NCBI GenBank assembly: GCA_964389765.1
Contig: CAYMES010000001.1
Span: 6,786-63,569, forward strand
DNA: 56,784 nt
DNA from: Candidatus Woesearchaeota archaeon
GTDB taxonomy: Archaea > Nanobdellota > Nanobdellia > Pacearchaeales > GW2011-AR1
Direction of reading: 5' to 3'
Below the pieces are notes generated by a model. It did no database searches. It had not been told where the DNA came from and saw only the letters and a list, made by a program, of their open reading frames with translations. The position numbers and the translations under genes were made by a program. Positions 55,003-56,784 of the stretch are shown in pieces. The first letter of the stretch is position 1. Each line of letters starts with the position of its first letter.

Positions 55003-56298
55003 ATGTTAGATAAATTAAAAAAATTAATAAAATATGGAGAAAAAAAAGCTGATTTCATAGAGATAAATGTTTCTGAATCTGATAATAATGAGATTTCAAT
55101 TCAAAAAAATAATGTGAAATCATTTTCTTCAAAAAATCTTCAAAATGTTTTTATTAGAACATGGATTAAAGGAAAAAAAGGAATAGCTAATGGAGATATT
55201 TTAACAAAGCAGTTAGTAGATGATGCTATAAAAAATGCTAGGAACAGTCAAAAACAAGATTTTTTTTATGGGCTTCCTGGAAAACAGAAATATGGGAAAG
55301 TTAAAGGACTTTTTGATAAAGGTTTTTTAGATATTGATTGGATAAACGAAAAATTATCAGAACTTTCAGATGTTTTTTTAAAACAATTTGAAAATCAAAA
55401 AATTTATGTTCCATCAGCTTCTTTATATTCTGCTTTTTCTAGAGTTTATTTAGCTAATTCTCAAGGAGTAGAAGCAGAAGATAAATTTTCTTATATGTCT
55501 TTAAGTGGAGAAGCTCTTTCTAGAAATAAAAAAGGAATGACAGTATATGAGAGTATTGAATCAAGAAAACCTTTTTCTTTGGAACAGGTTGAGAATTTTG
55601 GTAAAAATCTTAGAAAAGAAACAGAGCTTTTTTTAAATGCTCAAAAACTAAAAAAATTTAAAGTTCCTAAAAATTTAATTTTACAAGATTATGCTTTGTT
55701 TGAAATTTTTGAAAATGCTTTTTTATCAAATTTTAATTCTGAGAATTTATTAAAAGGAAGAAGTATTTTTCAGCATAAAAAAGGAGATAAACTTTTTTCT
55801 GAAAAATTAAGTATGGGGGATAAAGGACTTTTAAAAGGAGGAATTGGTTCTAGAAGTTTTGATGATGAAGGAACAAGAGTTGAAAATACTGGTTTAATTG
55901 AAAAAGGAGTATTAAAAGATTTTATATATGATTACAACATGGCAAAATATTTTAAACAAAAGCCAAAAGGGAATTCATATTCAGATGGAATTGGATTTAA
56001 TAATGTGTTTATTGAGCCAGGAAGTAAAGCAATAGAAGAAGAAATAGATAAAGCCCTAATCGTAAGGGTTGTTTTAGGTTCACATACTGCAAATCCTTTT
56101 ACAACTTCTTTTTCAGTTAGCCCTGTTATTAGTTATTATTTGGATAATGGAGAGAAAATTCCTGTTAGAGATTTTTTACTTTCAGGAACTTTTTTAGAAA
56201 TGTTAAAAGATGTTTTTGTAGATAATAAAATAATTAATAAAGGGAATTTTTATTGCCCTGCGATTGCATTTAAAGATTTTGGAGTTCATGTATTTTAA
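55003..56298 (+). CDS. pmbA: PmbA/TldE-family protein (TldD partner)
   Basis: Paralogous fold without the HExxxH motif, immediately downstream of tldD. Contains the GS..FDDEG motif. Confidence 0.75.
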   Translation: MLDKLKKLIKYGEKKADFIEINVSESDNNEISIQKNNVKSFSSKNLQNVFIRTWIKGKKGIANGDILTKQLVDDAIKNARNSQKQDFFYGLPGKQKYGKVKGLFDKGFLDIDWINEKLSELSDVFLKQFENQKIYVPSASLYSAFSRVYLANSQGVEAEDKFSYMSLSGEALSRNKKGMTVYESIESRKPFSLEQVENFGKNLRKETELFLNAQKLKKFKVPKNLILQDYALFEIFENAFLSNFNSENLLKGRSIFQHKKGDKLFSEKLSMGDKGLLKGGIGSRSFDDEGTRVENTGLIEKGVLKDFIYDYNMAKYFKQKPKGNSYSDGIGFNNVFIEPGSKAIEEEIDKALIVRVVLGSHTANPFTTSFSVSPVISYYLDNGEKIPVRDFLLSGTFLEMLKDVFVDNKIINKGNFYCPAIAFKDFGVHVF

Positions 56299-56361
56299 TT
56301 TTTAAAAGATTTTTAATAAAATAATTAAGAAAATATAAAAAATAAAAGAAAAAATAAAAAT

Positions 56362-56700
56362 TTATTTCTTAGTTGTTTGCACAACAGTTTTAATTGCAAC
56401 AACTAAAGCAGCTGCACTTACAAAAGCTATGAAATTTCCTAAAATAGCACTTACGTATTGGTTAACTATACCAAGTACTGAAAGAGCACTTATGCTTGCA
56501 GCTCCTCCAACAAGTAGAGCAATTGTTGCAACTAAAAAATTATTAGTATCTTTTTTAGCTATGTTCATAAATCCTACTACAAGTCCAAGTAAAAACAGTA
56601 TAAACATCAATGTTGTTACATATTGACTGATAAATCCTGCTATTATTGCAATAATTATACCAATTATAAAGGCCCATTTTCCTATCATGTCTGAATCCAT
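56362..56700 (-). CDS. Small polytopic membrane protein
   Basis: 112 aa with about 4 helices. GGAGGT lies 8 nt upstream of the ATG (56710-56715 on the minus strand). Confidence 0.55.
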   Translation of the reverse strand: MDSDMIGKWAFIIGIIIAIIAGFISQYVTTLMFILFLLGLVVGFMNIAKKDTNNFLVATIALLVGGAASISALSVLGIVNQYVSAILGNFIAFVSAAALVVAIKTVVQTTKK

Positions 56701-56784
56701 TGTTTTACCTCCTTTTTTAATTGTTTATATAACAGTATCTCCGAGCGTAATTAACCATTCCAAAATTAATCCAAAAAGTTTATA

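Noticed and set aside
5005-56626. Many short ORFs in the supplied track lie inside, and antisense or out of frame to, longer well-supported genes. They are 5005-5268(-), 5473-5730(+), 5828-6022(-), 6403-6588(-), 13737-13973(-), 14789-15070(-), 16970-17155(-), 17497-17739(-), 18437-18784(-), 19481-19714(+), 20586-20816(-), 24251-24571(-), 24953-25174(-), 28202-28420(-), 31857-32051(-), 35471-35749(+), 35996-36289(+), 38726-38944(+), 39113-39394(-), 41158-41364(+), 44287-44481(-), 46780-46974(-), 52208-52396(-), 53698-53883(-), 54022-54417(-) and 56429-56626(+).
   Set aside because: Their translations are low-complexity, F/L/I/S-rich sequences typical of the antisense of AT-rich coding DNA. Each is fully embedded in a gene with recognisable motifs, and none has independent support.
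1-56784. tRNA, rRNA, RNase P or SRP RNA genes.
   Set aside because: Scanning the intergenic regions by eye shows no GC-rich structured stretch or cloverleaf-compatible sequence; all the gaps are strongly AT-rich. A tRNAscan or Infernal run would settle this.

Overview
This is a visibly AT-rich archaeal chromosome segment (GC content not computed). The gene content points to a small-genome, DPANN-like archaeon: PolD DP1 and DP2, Orc1/Cdc6, an archaeal-type TyrRS, a DRG-type GTPase, an Lhr helicase, few metabolic genes, and many secreted, lipoprotein or membrane proteins.

Layout:
- 0-8 kb: same-strand genes of mostly unknown function, plus a glycosyltransferase-NDK fusion with an adjacent nucleotidyltransferase and an RRM RNA-binding protein.
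- 8.1-13.3 kb: a repeat-dense accessory stretch. It holds small membrane-protein paralogs separated by a conserved non-coding module, a cluster of palindromes, and two convergent coiled-coil/winged-helix genes full of DNA repeats, including a (GACA)7 microsatellite.
- 13.3-22 kb: an adhesin-like surface protein, Lhr, Prs, a GDE-like glycosidase and a metallophosphoesterase.
- 22.4-31.1 kb: a replication island made of a candidate oriC, orc1/cdc6, PolD small subunit, a HAD phosphatase, and a PolD large subunit carrying a LAGLIDADG intein.
- 31-43 kb: a PurF-like protein with Ser in place of the nucleophile Cys, membrane proteins, a compact 757-bp IS with a frameshifted rve transposase, TyrRS, DRG, lipoproteins and an AAG glycosylase.
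- 43.3-51.4 kb: two giant Cys-rich surface proteins. One is a beta-helix protein; the other is a beta-propeller protein ending in a C25/gingipain-like clan CD peptidase domain. A small anchored protein follows.
- 51.4-56.3 kb: a tightly packed operon of a PP-loop ATPase, a transglutaminase-like lipoprotein, an FmrO/Rmt-like methyltransferase, TldD and PmbA.

I found no rRNA gene, tRNA gene or CRISPR array by eye.

The best candidates for something undescribed are the repeat-laden coiled-coil/wHTH locus with its operator cluster (10.0-12.1 kb), the surface-protein/C25-like module (43.4-51.4 kb), and the GT-NDK/nucleotidyltransferase unit (3.8-6.2 kb). All family assignments come from motif recognition by eye and still need HMM or structure searches.
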